This document shows, piece by piece, positions 35,601 through 44,100 of a stretch of 62,965 bases of DNA (the first letter of the stretch is position 1; the number at the start of each line of letters is the position of its first letter). A program made the translations under genes and the position numbers. The notes beneath the pieces are model-generated. The model saw nothing but the letters and a program-made list of their open reading frames with translations, was not told the origin of the DNA and did not search any database. Location: positions 1-62,965 of the forward strand of contig JBLIRH010000007.1 in assembly GCA_049472215.1 (NCBI GenBank), written 5' to 3'. The DNA is from Thermoplasmatota archaeon (GTDB lineage Archaea; Thermoplasmatota; Penumbrarchaeia; Penumbrarchaeales; Penumbrarchaeaceae).

Positions 35601-35863
35601 TCCCATGTGCAAAGCTCCAGCTCCTCGTCCGATGACCTGGAGCCGTTCAGCATAACTATGTCGTTCATCAGCACGCCGGTGATGTCGTCCCCAGCATCCG
35701 CGACGGGAGGCTCCCCGGCCTCGTCCGAAGTGGTTCCCGTTACGGGCAACGATAGGAAGGATCCGAATATAACGACCATTAGAAGGAGAGATGACAGGAC
35801 ATATGCGCGGATGACCGTTCGTTTTTCAATCCGTCCATCTGAATATCTGACCAAGCGGATCAC
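32678..35863 (-). CDS. giant PKD-repeat surface protein (1061 aa) with one TM, proline-rich segment and three cytoplasmic zinc ribbons
   Basis: At least 6 PKD repeats (LKYQWDFGEGS, LSYRWDFDGDG, LEYYWDFGDGE, LTYRWTSN...). TM helix LYLIIAVVAIIAVVGVGLYFLL. The tail has PPPIPGPRIPP..., then CPAC..CKHC, CPSC..CPIC and CPSC..CPFC. Confidence 0.88.
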   Translation of the reverse strand: MIRLVRYSDGRIEKRTVIRAYVLSSLLLMVVIFGSFLSLPVTGTTSDEAGEPPVADAGDDITGVLMNDIVMLNGSRSSDEELELCTWEWESTTHPEIEVSPANSSTPTFTVSVVGTITFQLTLTDPSGQFSVDTVDIIVDVNEPPRITIGSPAPTGSEGPFYMRSTPIEFTANGTSDPEGRDAQLTYRWTSNVSGQLSTKRYFKAVLTELGWHRITLRVEDGNGGSSEESLDIKVREDPFAPQVSISVRPSRTDLRYGKSELVTLDASGTKDANSFDTIKTMNFTWRTDLPAPVVIGYGPVVSTTFQEGPHNITLEVEDTDGLTDSDWINIWSFNRPPEAIIKTVGIKLRGSLPTLNESEAGEFSAALSSDPDGDDLKYQWDFGEGSTATGDQVSHSWDDFGRYEMSLTVDDGSEENSTDALALTISINSVPVAVSDEGITVEVGESFVISANGSYDNDNDTLSYRWDFDGDGIFDSSRFDPSWKYNVEGEYEVLLQVSDGFAWGESTSIVKVVYPNEAPIAAIANQLIEGEIIVPLSDERGEIELDATPSIDPDDDSDGNGEINDREENNLTYSWDTDPQVDSDDDGIEDNDVDETGRKVKVKLTSSGLKTVLLNVTDPRGLWDTLEIKLRGDHPPDTLSIRVGPSTKVLAGAQVTFTGSADDDDRADRNKLEYYWDFGDGESSTVSAFQARHTYFDKGTYEVELRVTDGLLESSTRTSVTVVEMEPPTLSYPTEGSEVSGLVTISGRIREVRGFEVDKVEVKEGDNDWKAADGTTQWTYDLDTAKHPNGDLTLTVRYTVNDAEDIQSETSITIRISNQSEGGLNLYLIIAVVAIIAVVGVGLYFLLRRKPRDWDDLLPPPIPGPRIPPMVAPGGLPPGQAKPSLPAVQPPKAAETPKQAEPPKEETSAPRTIRIKCPACTKVFKVTDTGERPLHMTCKHCGATGSIDHVPGEEEAEKEGAQAEVEADEEAPIEPVPIVCPSCQNLFELEEVTETAKCPICGAEGDLDDGTVELLKERFGGSPAEEYTLRCPSCSGTFKVKSGDPSIICPFCGAKGRASA

Positions 35864-35942
35864 TCCTTCGCACGAAGAATGGGTGTCTGGTTCTATGAAA
35901 GGATACGATATAAATTCTTTGGCCGAACCTTGTCCTTTGAAA

Positions 35943-36281
35943 CTAGAAGAAATCCTTAAGGATCATGATGTCGTCCATCGGGCCGATCACCTTTATCTTC
36001 TTCATCGCATACGCCATCAAAGGGTTCAACTTCCGATCAAGCATCTTCTGGAAGGTCGCAACATCTGTCTTCACGACGACCGTCGCATTGTCCATCGTGC
36101 CTTCTATAGCTTTCAGGACCCTCCCGTCCTTTATCTCTATGATGTATTCCTTGTCATCGGTGAATTTGAGAAGAAGGGTCCTGTCCTTCGCCTCGGCGAT
36201 CTCCCTGATCTTGGGATCGGTGTCGATCTTTTTGTTCACGTTCTCGACCATATTGTTTAGCACATCAAGCATCTGAACCAC
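35943..36281 (-). CDS. SCP2 sterol/lipid-carrier domain protein
   Basis: 112 aa with an SCP2-like C-terminus (ATFQKMLDRKLNPLMAYAMKKIKVIGPMDDIMILKDFF). Confidence 0.75.
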   Translation of the reverse strand: MVQMLDVLNNMVENVNKKIDTDPKIREIAEAKDRTLLLKFTDDKEYIIEIKDGRVLKAIEGTMDNATVVVKTDVATFQKMLDRKLNPLMAYAMKKIKVIGPMDDIMILKDFF

Positions 36282-36723
36282 TACCTTGACCTCCGGCTTC
36301 CGGTTTCCAAACCGCCACTTCCCCGCTCTGCGGGTTCAGGACGATGCGGTCACCGGTCTCGACGCGCCCCCAATCATCGGGAGGCACCCGGTGAACGAGG
36401 GGGATATCGGCGAGAATGCAGCCTATGGATATAATGGCATCGGCCTTCAGCATGACCATTGCGGCCGGAGCATTGCCGTTCAGCCTGAGATTGTAGACCA
36501 CGTACGAGCCGACCGTTGACCCCGCCCCTTCCCTGAAGAACAGGACCTTCCCCTTGATGAGCATCCCGGCCCCCTCCTTTTCGAGGATGCCTGTTGAGGG
36601 ATCGACGTCGCCCAGAAAACTTATGGGGCCGTTGAAGACCAGAGCCTCCCCTTCCACAGACGCCTCCCCCACGCCTCTAAGGGGGTCCCCCTTCAAGGTT
36701 ATGTCGGGTAAGCGCTCCATCAC
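36265..36723 (-). CDS. aconitase-X swivel domain (DUF126) protein; possible phosphomevalonate dehydratase small subunit
   Basis: GEALVFNGPISFLGDVDPSTGIL...GKVLFFREGAGSTVGSYVVYNLRLNGNAPAAMV...IGCILADIPLV matches the DUF126/AcnX small-subunit pattern. Confidence 0.8.
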   Translation of the reverse strand: MMERLPDITLKGDPLRGVGEASVEGEALVFNGPISFLGDVDPSTGILEKEGAGMLIKGKVLFFREGAGSTVGSYVVYNLRLNGNAPAAMVMLKADAIISIGCILADIPLVHRVPPDDWGRVETGDRIVLNPQSGEVAVWKPEAGGQGSGSDA

Positions 36724-36726
36724 CGA

Positions 36727-37689
36727 TCACTGTCCCTTGTCCTCTTCCTTCTTTACCGTCTCTCCAGGGGGCCTTTGGGCAGGCGGGGCCTGGGGGAGAG
36801 GTTGAAGTGCAGGGGGCGGAGACGGCATCCGGGGCACGGAACCTGGTGGCTGCTGGGGAGGGGGCGATCCTGCCTGAGGTACAGGCTGCTGGGAAGCGGG
36901 GAGCTGCTGGACCGGAGGAGCCTGCGGCAAAGGTTGAGCTTGCGGCTGGGGCGCTGGTATTTCCTGGGTCTCCTGTTCGGGGGCCGCTTCCATCATAAGT
37001 GCCAGCGGGTCGATCTCCTTGGTGGGATCGGAGGTTTCCGGAACTCCCGTTTCAAGGGTCATCCCACTGTCGAACATAGGCCCCTGACTGGCAGCTTCAT
37101 TATCGACGAGGGACTTCTTGGAAAGCTCGGATGCGGACTGGCCCTGATGGTCGTAAGGGTTATAGGAGGAGATGGTCTCGAAGTGTTCCGTGACCATGCC
37201 CATGTCCTCCTCTGCGTTCCCGTAGACCTCGCCCTCCATCTGGGTGGGATCAGCGGTCAGGACCGAATCGTACTGGTGGAGCTCCTCGGTGTCGACCCTG
37301 AGCTTCTTCTGCTCGAGCCTCCTGGCGATGTCTTCCATCGAGCCCATGCTGTCGGAATAATCGGGTCTATCCGTCTTCTTCTTCTGGCGTTCCATCATCT
37401 CTTCCCTCGTGGCCCTGCGCCACGCGGAGTACCTGAGACCCTTCCAGTGCATATGCTGATAAATAGGGTCCCATACCTCCACAAGGAGCTCGGCATGCAG
37501 TTCCTTGGCCATCTTGAGAGCGTCCTTCCTCAGCTTCTCATGGGATTTCTGAACATCGAACTGGAAGGGGTCCGTGCAGAGGGCCCAGCCTCGGCTCTCC
37601 AGCTGTCTGAAGACCTCCCTCTCCCTGTCGATCAGGATAGTCTCGAACCTTATCTCCTTCTTCTTTCCGAACAGGCTCACAATGGGCAC
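36727..37689 (-). CDS. hypothetical protein with ~110-aa N-terminal domain and P/Q-rich C-terminal third
   Basis: The minus-strand product has normal composition and ends in PAPQPQAQPLPQAPPVQQLP...PPPALQPLPQAPPAQRPPGE. The mirror plus-strand ORF is R/G/L junk. Confidence 0.6.
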   Translation of the reverse strand: MPIVSLFGKKKEIRFETILIDREREVFRQLESRGWALCTDPFQFDVQKSHEKLRKDALKMAKELHAELLVEVWDPIYQHMHWKGLRYSAWRRATREEMMERQKKKTDRPDYSDSMGSMEDIARRLEQKKLRVDTEELHQYDSVLTADPTQMEGEVYGNAEEDMGMVTEHFETISSYNPYDHQGQSASELSKKSLVDNEAASQGPMFDSGMTLETGVPETSDPTKEIDPLALMMEAAPEQETQEIPAPQPQAQPLPQAPPVQQLPASQQPVPQAGSPPPQQPPGSVPRMPSPPPALQPLPQAPPAQRPPGETVKKEEDKGQ

Positions 37690-37806
37690 CTCCGGCTGGA
37701 ATGGTCACGAAGCTTCGGAACCACCACCCCAAGGTAGAGGTGATTTGGGTTATTTTTTTATTTCTCCTATGGCTTACGCACCTTACGCGGTGAAAACTGC
37801 GTTCGA

Positions 37807-38316
37807 GTGTTTGGTATGGCGTTGACACCAAGGGACCCAAAGGGTGCAAAGGAAGAGAAGGCAGAGGCCTCCAGGAAGGTCCCGTGGGTCTCATGGATAG
37901 CGATCACCCTGGGTGTTGCCATGACAGGTATCGGCCTGCTCCTCCTGATGTGGGGCTTCATGTGGCAGGCTGACGTCGGTGAGCCGCAGAGCCTCAACGG
38001 GGAGGAGCTTCGCGGCGGTCCAGGACTCATACCCCTCGGTGCGGGAATGTTCACGGTGGGGGTCCTGTGGATACTCACAGGTTGGAGGGGCTTTAAAAAG
38101 GACAGGGCGCCCGATGACCTGATGAAGTGCCCGCACTGTGGGAAGATGATCGAATCGGACCTCAACTTCTGTTATTTCTGCAACACCACCTTCGAGGAGG
38201 AGGAAGAGGATATGGAGGAGGAAGAAGGGGCAGGAACGGACGCGCCCGGGAAGGAAACACCCCCTTCGGATACAAGGAAAAGGGCAAAACCCTTCGCTCC
38301 CGGTGAAAGACCGTGA
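37807..38316 (+). CDS. small membrane protein with cytoplasmic zinc ribbon and acidic tail
   Basis: Two TM helices (WIAITLGVAMTGIGLLLLMWGF; MFTVGVLWILTGW), then CPHCG...CYFC and EEEEEDMEEEE. The start may be ATG 37816. Confidence 0.6.
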   Translation: MFGMALTPRDPKGAKEEKAEASRKVPWVSWIAITLGVAMTGIGLLLLMWGFMWQADVGEPQSLNGEELRGGPGLIPLGAGMFTVGVLWILTGWRGFKKDRAPDDLMKCPHCGKMIESDLNFCYFCNTTFEEEEEDMEEEEGAGTDAPGKETPPSDTRKRAKPFAPGERP

Positions 38317-38363
38317 GGAACCTCACCGAAAGTATTTTCTTAAGCTCGTTCATACGGTCATTC

Positions 38364-39539
38364 ATGAGGACATCTCTCAGCGCTCTCAAGCGAAGCAGGA
38401 TATTCAAGGACCAGTCGAAACTGTCCTTCGACTTTGTCCCGGAAGAGCTTCCCGGAAGAGAGAAAGAGCTCGACAATCTCGGCCGCCTTTTCAGGCCTGT
38501 GGTTTACGAAAGGATGGGACAGACGGCGCTCGTGACAGGGCCGGTGGGGTCCGGAAAAACAGCCGTTGTCAAGAGGTTCTGCGACCTGCTGAAGGAGGCA
38601 GGGCTCGAGAACAAAAGAAGGATCGACGCGGTGCATGTGAACTGCAGGAACCGCAAATCGGAATCCATGGTCCTCCTGTCCATACTCACACACTTCGATT
38701 CCCGGTTCCCGGACAGGGGATTCTCCATCCCCGAGATGATCGAGATACTGAAAAAGCACCTCAAGAAAAGGGAGTGCCATCTAGTCATAGTGCTCGACGA
38801 GGCCGATGTCCTGCTCAAAAGGTCCGGTTCGGACCTTGTCTATTCCTTCACAAGGGTCCAGGAGGAGGACCCTGAACTGCTCGGAGCGCTTTCCCTCATA
38901 CTTATCTCGCAAAAATCCATCGTGCAGCTCATGGACAGGGCCTCGCTTTCAACGTTCAAGAGGACGAACGTCATCGAATTCGGGAAGTACGATCGTGATA
39001 TTCTCAGGCAGATCGTGGACCAGAGGGTCGATCTCGCATTCCATCCGAACGTTGTCGAAGATGGCGTGTCGGAGATGATCGCTTCGATGTCGGAGGAGTA
39101 CGGGGATGCGAGGTTCTCGATAGAGCTTCTGGAGAAAGCGGGCATGGTGGCGGAGGAGAAGGGGGCCGACATGGTCGTTCCCGAGCACGCAAGATGGGCG
39201 AAGGCGGAGGTCAAACCATTTGTCTTCGAGGAGACCATCCACCAGCTGAACATCCACGAGCAGATCATGCTGCTCGCCGCTTCCCGGCTTCTGAAGAACT
39301 CCGCTTACTGCTCGACCGGCGAACTCGAATCGGAATACCAGGCACTCTGCGAGCAGATCAACAAAAGACCCCTGGGCCACACCCAGTTCTGGCAGTACAT
39401 GAAGGAGATGGACGCCTTCGGGCTGATCACCACCAAGAGGTCCGGGAAGGGAACAGTTGGCAATACGACACTGATCACCATCCAGGATGTACCGGTCATA
39501 GAGCTGATAGATTTCCTGGAGAGCAATCTGCTGAACTAG
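38364..39539 (+). CDS. cdc6: Orc1/Cdc6 replication initiator
   Basis: FVPEELPGREKELDNL, Walker A GPVGSGKT, Walker B IVLDEAD, and a C-terminal winged helix. ATG 38364 is preferred over the track start 38313. Confidence 0.92.
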   Translation: MRTSLSALKRSRIFKDQSKLSFDFVPEELPGREKELDNLGRLFRPVVYERMGQTALVTGPVGSGKTAVVKRFCDLLKEAGLENKRRIDAVHVNCRNRKSESMVLLSILTHFDSRFPDRGFSIPEMIEILKKHLKKRECHLVIVLDEADVLLKRSGSDLVYSFTRVQEEDPELLGALSLILISQKSIVQLMDRASLSTFKRTNVIEFGKYDRDILRQIVDQRVDLAFHPNVVEDGVSEMIASMSEEYGDARFSIELLEKAGMVAEEKGADMVVPEHARWAKAEVKPFVFEETIHQLNIHEQIMLLAASRLLKNSAYCSTGELESEYQALCEQINKRPLGHTQFWQYMKEMDAFGLITTKRSGKGTVGNTTLITIQDVPVIELIDFLESNLLN

Positions 39540-41164
39540 ATCTCGAGCATCCTTTCCCTGAGAACCTTCCAGGCGGGAAATCCAAGGCTTGTCGAGTAGG
39601 TGTTGAACTCCCTCGGCGAGACTCCCTGGTCCACCTTTTCCTGAGAGGTCTTTCTCACCCCCGGCAAGATCGACATGCACGAGGCGAACAGTCCCGGTCT
39701 GGACACGGCGTCCCAGATCGCTTCCATTATCAACGGCTCCCCCAGCCCGCTTATGATCTGGGCCCATCTCATGAACTCGAGGATCGACTGTTTTCCCGAG
39801 TTAACCCTGATATCGGCCACTGCCCTTATGAGCGAGAGGACCCTCTCCTTGCATAGGAGGAACTCAAGGTCCGCCACCAGATCGTCTATCGGACAGTATT
39901 CCTCGATCAGTTCGACAAGGTCCGTCTCGTCCCTCAGAAGCTCGGACCTCCTGGTGGCCATGTCCCTGAACATTCCCAGGACCTCGAGCTCCCTGGCCAT
40001 CGCGAATCCCATGGATATCGAATCTATCAGATAGGATGAGAGAAGGTCGGTCCCTTTCACTACCTCGAGGGGGCGGAGATAGGAGTTCAGGTACTGTGCC
40101 CTGATGCCAAGCTCCTCCCTGGCGACCATCAGCACGATGTCCGGAAAGGAGAGAGGTCTGTAGCTTCCAGGGTCCAGAGTGATGAAGAGGTCGGATCTGG
40201 GCCTGGCCGGAAGTCCGTCCATATTGATCATTCTCATCGATGGTATGAAAGACCGAAGGTAGGAAGGGGTCTCCAGAAAGCCTACATCGACCTCATGGGG
40301 ATAATCGATCAGCCTCCGGATACCCCAGTATATCATGCTGTTCCTGATATTCTCGATGGAGCGGATCGTCTCCTGGACCCTGATCCTTCTCTGGGATGCC
40401 ATCTCAACATCTATATCGTGAAGGTCCAGGTCCGTACCATAGAAGTCGGAAAGCTCTTCCATGGTTCGATTCAACCCTGGGATCTCATTGTAGAGCTCAA
40501 GAACAAGTGATTCTTCCATCACCGCCGCCCTGTCCGGACATGCGTACAGCTCACCCAGTATCCTCGGATAGATGTCGCCTCTTCCGACATGTCCGTCGCC
40601 CTCTTCGAGGGTCGAGATCACATCCTCGTGACTGTACCTGGATATATCGCCAAGGGTGAAAAGCTCCCCGTACTCGGTCGTTATTTCGAGAAGGTTCTTG
40701 ACAGGTTCTGCAAGCATTGGGGACCTGGGCAGGCCCTTGAGCAGGTCCTTCAACCGGTCGATACCGAATAGGGACTGGAACTGGACCTCCAGCGGCCACC
40801 TCATTATCCGAAGATCGGACGATGCTCTTTCCAGATAGGCCCTGGAATCCTTCAACAGAGGCGGCAATAGAGGGTTCTGGATGCCGCCCTTGATGATATG
40901 GGCGGTGATGTACCGGTAGATGTCGTCAGGGGGCCTCTGAGGCTCCTGCAGGTCCAGGTCGCACCTTGAACACCTGAGAAGCGATCTCAGGGAGATGTCG
41001 AGGGTGGACCTCCAGATGGCATCAAGCTCACTGCGTCTGGTCCTAATGTTCTCCCTGCTGGGTATGAACAGGGTTCCCCCTGCTTCATCTATTCCAGATA
41101 GATAGGCGTCGCCGGGTCTCAACCCCTTCCAGAGCTGGAAGGCAGCGGTCTCAGGGTCTTCCAT
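39536..41164 (-). CDS. hypothetical protein (542 aa, soluble, helical)
   Basis: Long ORF with normal composition. No motif recognised and no HExxH. Its stop shares the tetranucleotide CTAG with the orc1 stop. Confidence 0.6.
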   Translation of the reverse strand: MEDPETAAFQLWKGLRPGDAYLSGIDEAGGTLFIPSRENIRTRRSELDAIWRSTLDISLRSLLRCSRCDLDLQEPQRPPDDIYRYITAHIIKGGIQNPLLPPLLKDSRAYLERASSDLRIMRWPLEVQFQSLFGIDRLKDLLKGLPRSPMLAEPVKNLLEITTEYGELFTLGDISRYSHEDVISTLEEGDGHVGRGDIYPRILGELYACPDRAAVMEESLVLELYNEIPGLNRTMEELSDFYGTDLDLHDIDVEMASQRRIRVQETIRSIENIRNSMIYWGIRRLIDYPHEVDVGFLETPSYLRSFIPSMRMINMDGLPARPRSDLFITLDPGSYRPLSFPDIVLMVAREELGIRAQYLNSYLRPLEVVKGTDLLSSYLIDSISMGFAMARELEVLGMFRDMATRRSELLRDETDLVELIEEYCPIDDLVADLEFLLCKERVLSLIRAVADIRVNSGKQSILEFMRWAQIISGLGEPLIMEAIWDAVSRPGLFASCMSILPGVRKTSQEKVDQGVSPREFNTYSTSLGFPAWKVLRERMLEI

Positions 41165-41196
41165 CGTCCCTCGAAAGATGATGGCTCCTCAGGATA

Positions 41197-44100
41197 TCAG
41201 AGTTTTGGTGGAGGAGGCAGGTCGGGAAGCTTCTTCAGACCCGAGGGCGCGGGTTCCACCGGGGTCTCTTCCTCTGCAGGCATCTCTCCGAAAAGGTCAT
41301 CGACCTGGCTTTCGGCCGCGGGCTCTTCGGACTCCACAGGTGGTTTCCATACGTTCTCTTCCTCGGCACCCTGGGCAGAGGATTCCTCGATCTGCTTGTG
41401 AGCCTCCTCCATGAAGCCCTCGAGATAATCGTCCTCCGGGGGCTTCTCGGCCTCCTGCGGTGCGGGAGGCAGCCGCTGCTGCTGAGCCGGAGGCATCTGT
41501 GGCACCGCCCCCTGAGCGGGGAGTGCTCCCGGATAGGCCTGTCCCGGCAGCTCGGCACCGTACATCTGCTGCTGGATCATAGGCTGGGGTTTGGACATGA
41601 GGACATACATGAAGAACCCGAAGGCTCCGATGAGGATTATGGCTATGATCACTATGAGAACGATCCAAAGTAGTGAGAAACCGCCGCCGTCATCGGATAT
41701 TATCGGCGGGTGATCGTCTATGTCGAGGGGATCCGAGCCGTATTCGAACTCCTGGAAATTGGTGAATCCGTCCCCGTCCAGGTCTGTGACCTTATCGTTG
41801 GGGTCAAGCTTGTTGAGGCCGTTCTCCTCCTCGTAGATGTCAGGCATCCCGTCCCCGTCGAAATCAAAGTCGGGATCGATCTCAACCGGCTTCTCGACGA
41901 TTATGAAGGTGATCTCCTCGAAGGACTCAGCTCCGGAGGGGTCCCTTACGGTGAGTTTCACATAATACTGGTTGTCGGACGCCCAGCTGTGGGAGACCCT
42001 CTGTCCGACGACCTCGCCGGTCCCGTCACCGAAGTTCCATATGTAGGTGAGGTCGTCGCCGTCCTGGTCCTCGACATCATCGCACCAGAAGCTGATGTTG
42101 TTCCCCGGATAGCGAATGATTGACTCATCGTACCTTATCCTGGGTTTCTCCGGCGGATCGTTGGTATTCACGATCTCGTAATTGACAAGGACCGTGTCGG
42201 CCGCTCCATCCTCGTCCTTCACGGTTATCCTGACGGAGTGCAGCCCCACCATGTCCTGCGTCGGAATGATGGTGAAGTTCCTGGCGAACTCGTTGCCCAG
42301 AACGGGGGTGGGCTGCCATGAGGGATCGTTGGTGGTGAAGGAGATGTCGTCCCGGGGATCTATCTCCTCCGCCTCGACGTTGAGGGTATAGGGTTTGTCC
42401 TCGAAGCCGTTGAGCCCGTTGGTGGAATCCAGGGTGATCTTTCCTTCCTGGGGGGCCTCACCGTTGATGGTTAGTATCCTGGGCTTGTCGTTCACGTTGT
42501 CCACGTAAAGAACGACGCGGACCTCCTGGCTCATGGCTCCCTGGCTGTCGCTGCAGGAAAGGGTCGTTTCCGCTATCCCCAGGATGGCATCCTCGTTCGT
42601 CGGGAAATATGTCAGGTATGCCTTCATGGGATTCGTCGGGTGGGGGTATGCCGCCCACCCCGGCGATCCGACGTTCCACGTCAGGCTGTCGGCGATCCCT
42701 ATTGCGATGTCGGGATCGTAGGCTTCGACCGTTAGATTGAGCTCGATGTCCTCGTCGACGTTGCGGAAGGTCGGTTCGTCCTCGACATCGAGGTTGTCGT
42801 ATACAATCCCCCGGTCCCTCCACTCGATGGTGGTGAGAGAAGGTTTGTCGTTGCGGTTCGTGACTATGAACTTCAGAATGAGATAATCGTCGGGTGAAGG
42901 GGAATGCCCGTCATCGACCGTCACCTGGATCCATGTCGTTCCGACCTCATCATTGGTCGGAAGGAAGTTGTACTGTCCGTTGGAGTTGATGGAGAACGCG
43001 GTTGTCGTCGCGTTGTGTTCGTACTCGATGTCATCCCCGTCCACATCGAAGGCATGGATCCTCTTCGATTTCAACGGGGTGTTCTGCATTACAGTGATCT
43101 CGATCGCCTGGTGATCGTTGATCTGTGCCGGTCCCGAAGCGACCTCGACCTTCTCGATGTACGCATCGTCGTTCACGGATGCTATCAGGACCGAGAACTC
43201 GTTGGACAGGACCGATAGATCGTCACCGTCGTTGTATATCCAGTTGGGACCCCAATCGTAGCATCTTATCCTGAACTTTGATAGAATGCTGTTGCTGTGC
43301 CAGTTGTCCTCTGTCACACGCATGGAAAGCATATGGGTGTCCGGATCGATGTCGAACTGTATCTCCGGGTCCGCGTCGACACTACTCACGACCTCGTAGC
43401 GGAGCCTCGCGTCGTGCTCGGCCTGGGGGTCCGAGAAGTGGTCGTCAAGGTCCGTCAGGTTCATCCACGGGCCGGTGTCCTCGTCGAAGACGAGGTTCTG
43501 CATGGGTAAGTTGAACTGGGGAGGACCGTTGGGCGGGATTATTACGGCATTCAACGCGGTGAGGTTGTAGAAGACCTCCGCATTGCCTTCGGCACCTGCG
43601 TATGCGGAGGTACCGGCGAGCCATAGCTGAAGAGGGGAGCACCCGAACCATACGAACTCGGCATGTTCCAGGAAGCCGACTGTAAATGGATCGTTCCCGA
43701 ATAGTACCCCTACATATGGGATGTTGCCTCCCGATGTGAAAATGTTCAGTTGTTGTGCGGTGTAATTGTACCATATCAGGTACAGGAAAGCTATCGTCGT
43801 CGTGGGGACCCTCGCGCCGTAAAGGCCGGGGCCCGCATAACCATACATTCCGGTCCTTTCCTCCGTCGCAACGTCGAACCGGAGGCTGAAGCGGACCTCG
43901 TCGTTGCGGTCCACATTGAGACCGCTGTCCGTTAGCATATCGCTCATATCGTACCAATCAAAGAGGTCATGTGAGCGGTTGACGCTCTTCATCCGGATGC
44001 TGTTGCGGTTCGTATTGTTCACCAGCATTCCGCTTCCGAAGAGACCGTTCCCCTCGATGGATGAGACCTGTGTTATATCGATCTCCATTGTATAGTTCAA

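Noticed and set aside
36569-36580. A 9-nt match (TCCCGGCCC) to the 3' end of tRNA-His, considered as a possible att-type direct repeat.
   Set aside because: It is too short for a GC-rich genome, it lies inside the DUF126 coding sequence about 20 kb away, and no integrase is present. It is a chance match.
36775-37737. 320-aa plus-strand ORF that almost exactly mirrors 36727..37689. I considered which strand is real.
   Set aside because: The plus-strand product is Arg/Gly/Leu-rich nonsense (MGRRGLGERLKCRGRRRHPGHG...). The minus-strand product has a balanced N-terminal domain and sits in an operon-like array with the DUF126 and SCP2 genes.
39536-39539. Shared CTAG providing the stop codons of both convergent genes (orc1 and the 542-aa ORF).
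   Set aside because: It is a real feature of the sequence, but a 4-nt convergent overlap is common in compact genomes. No regulatory significance can be argued.
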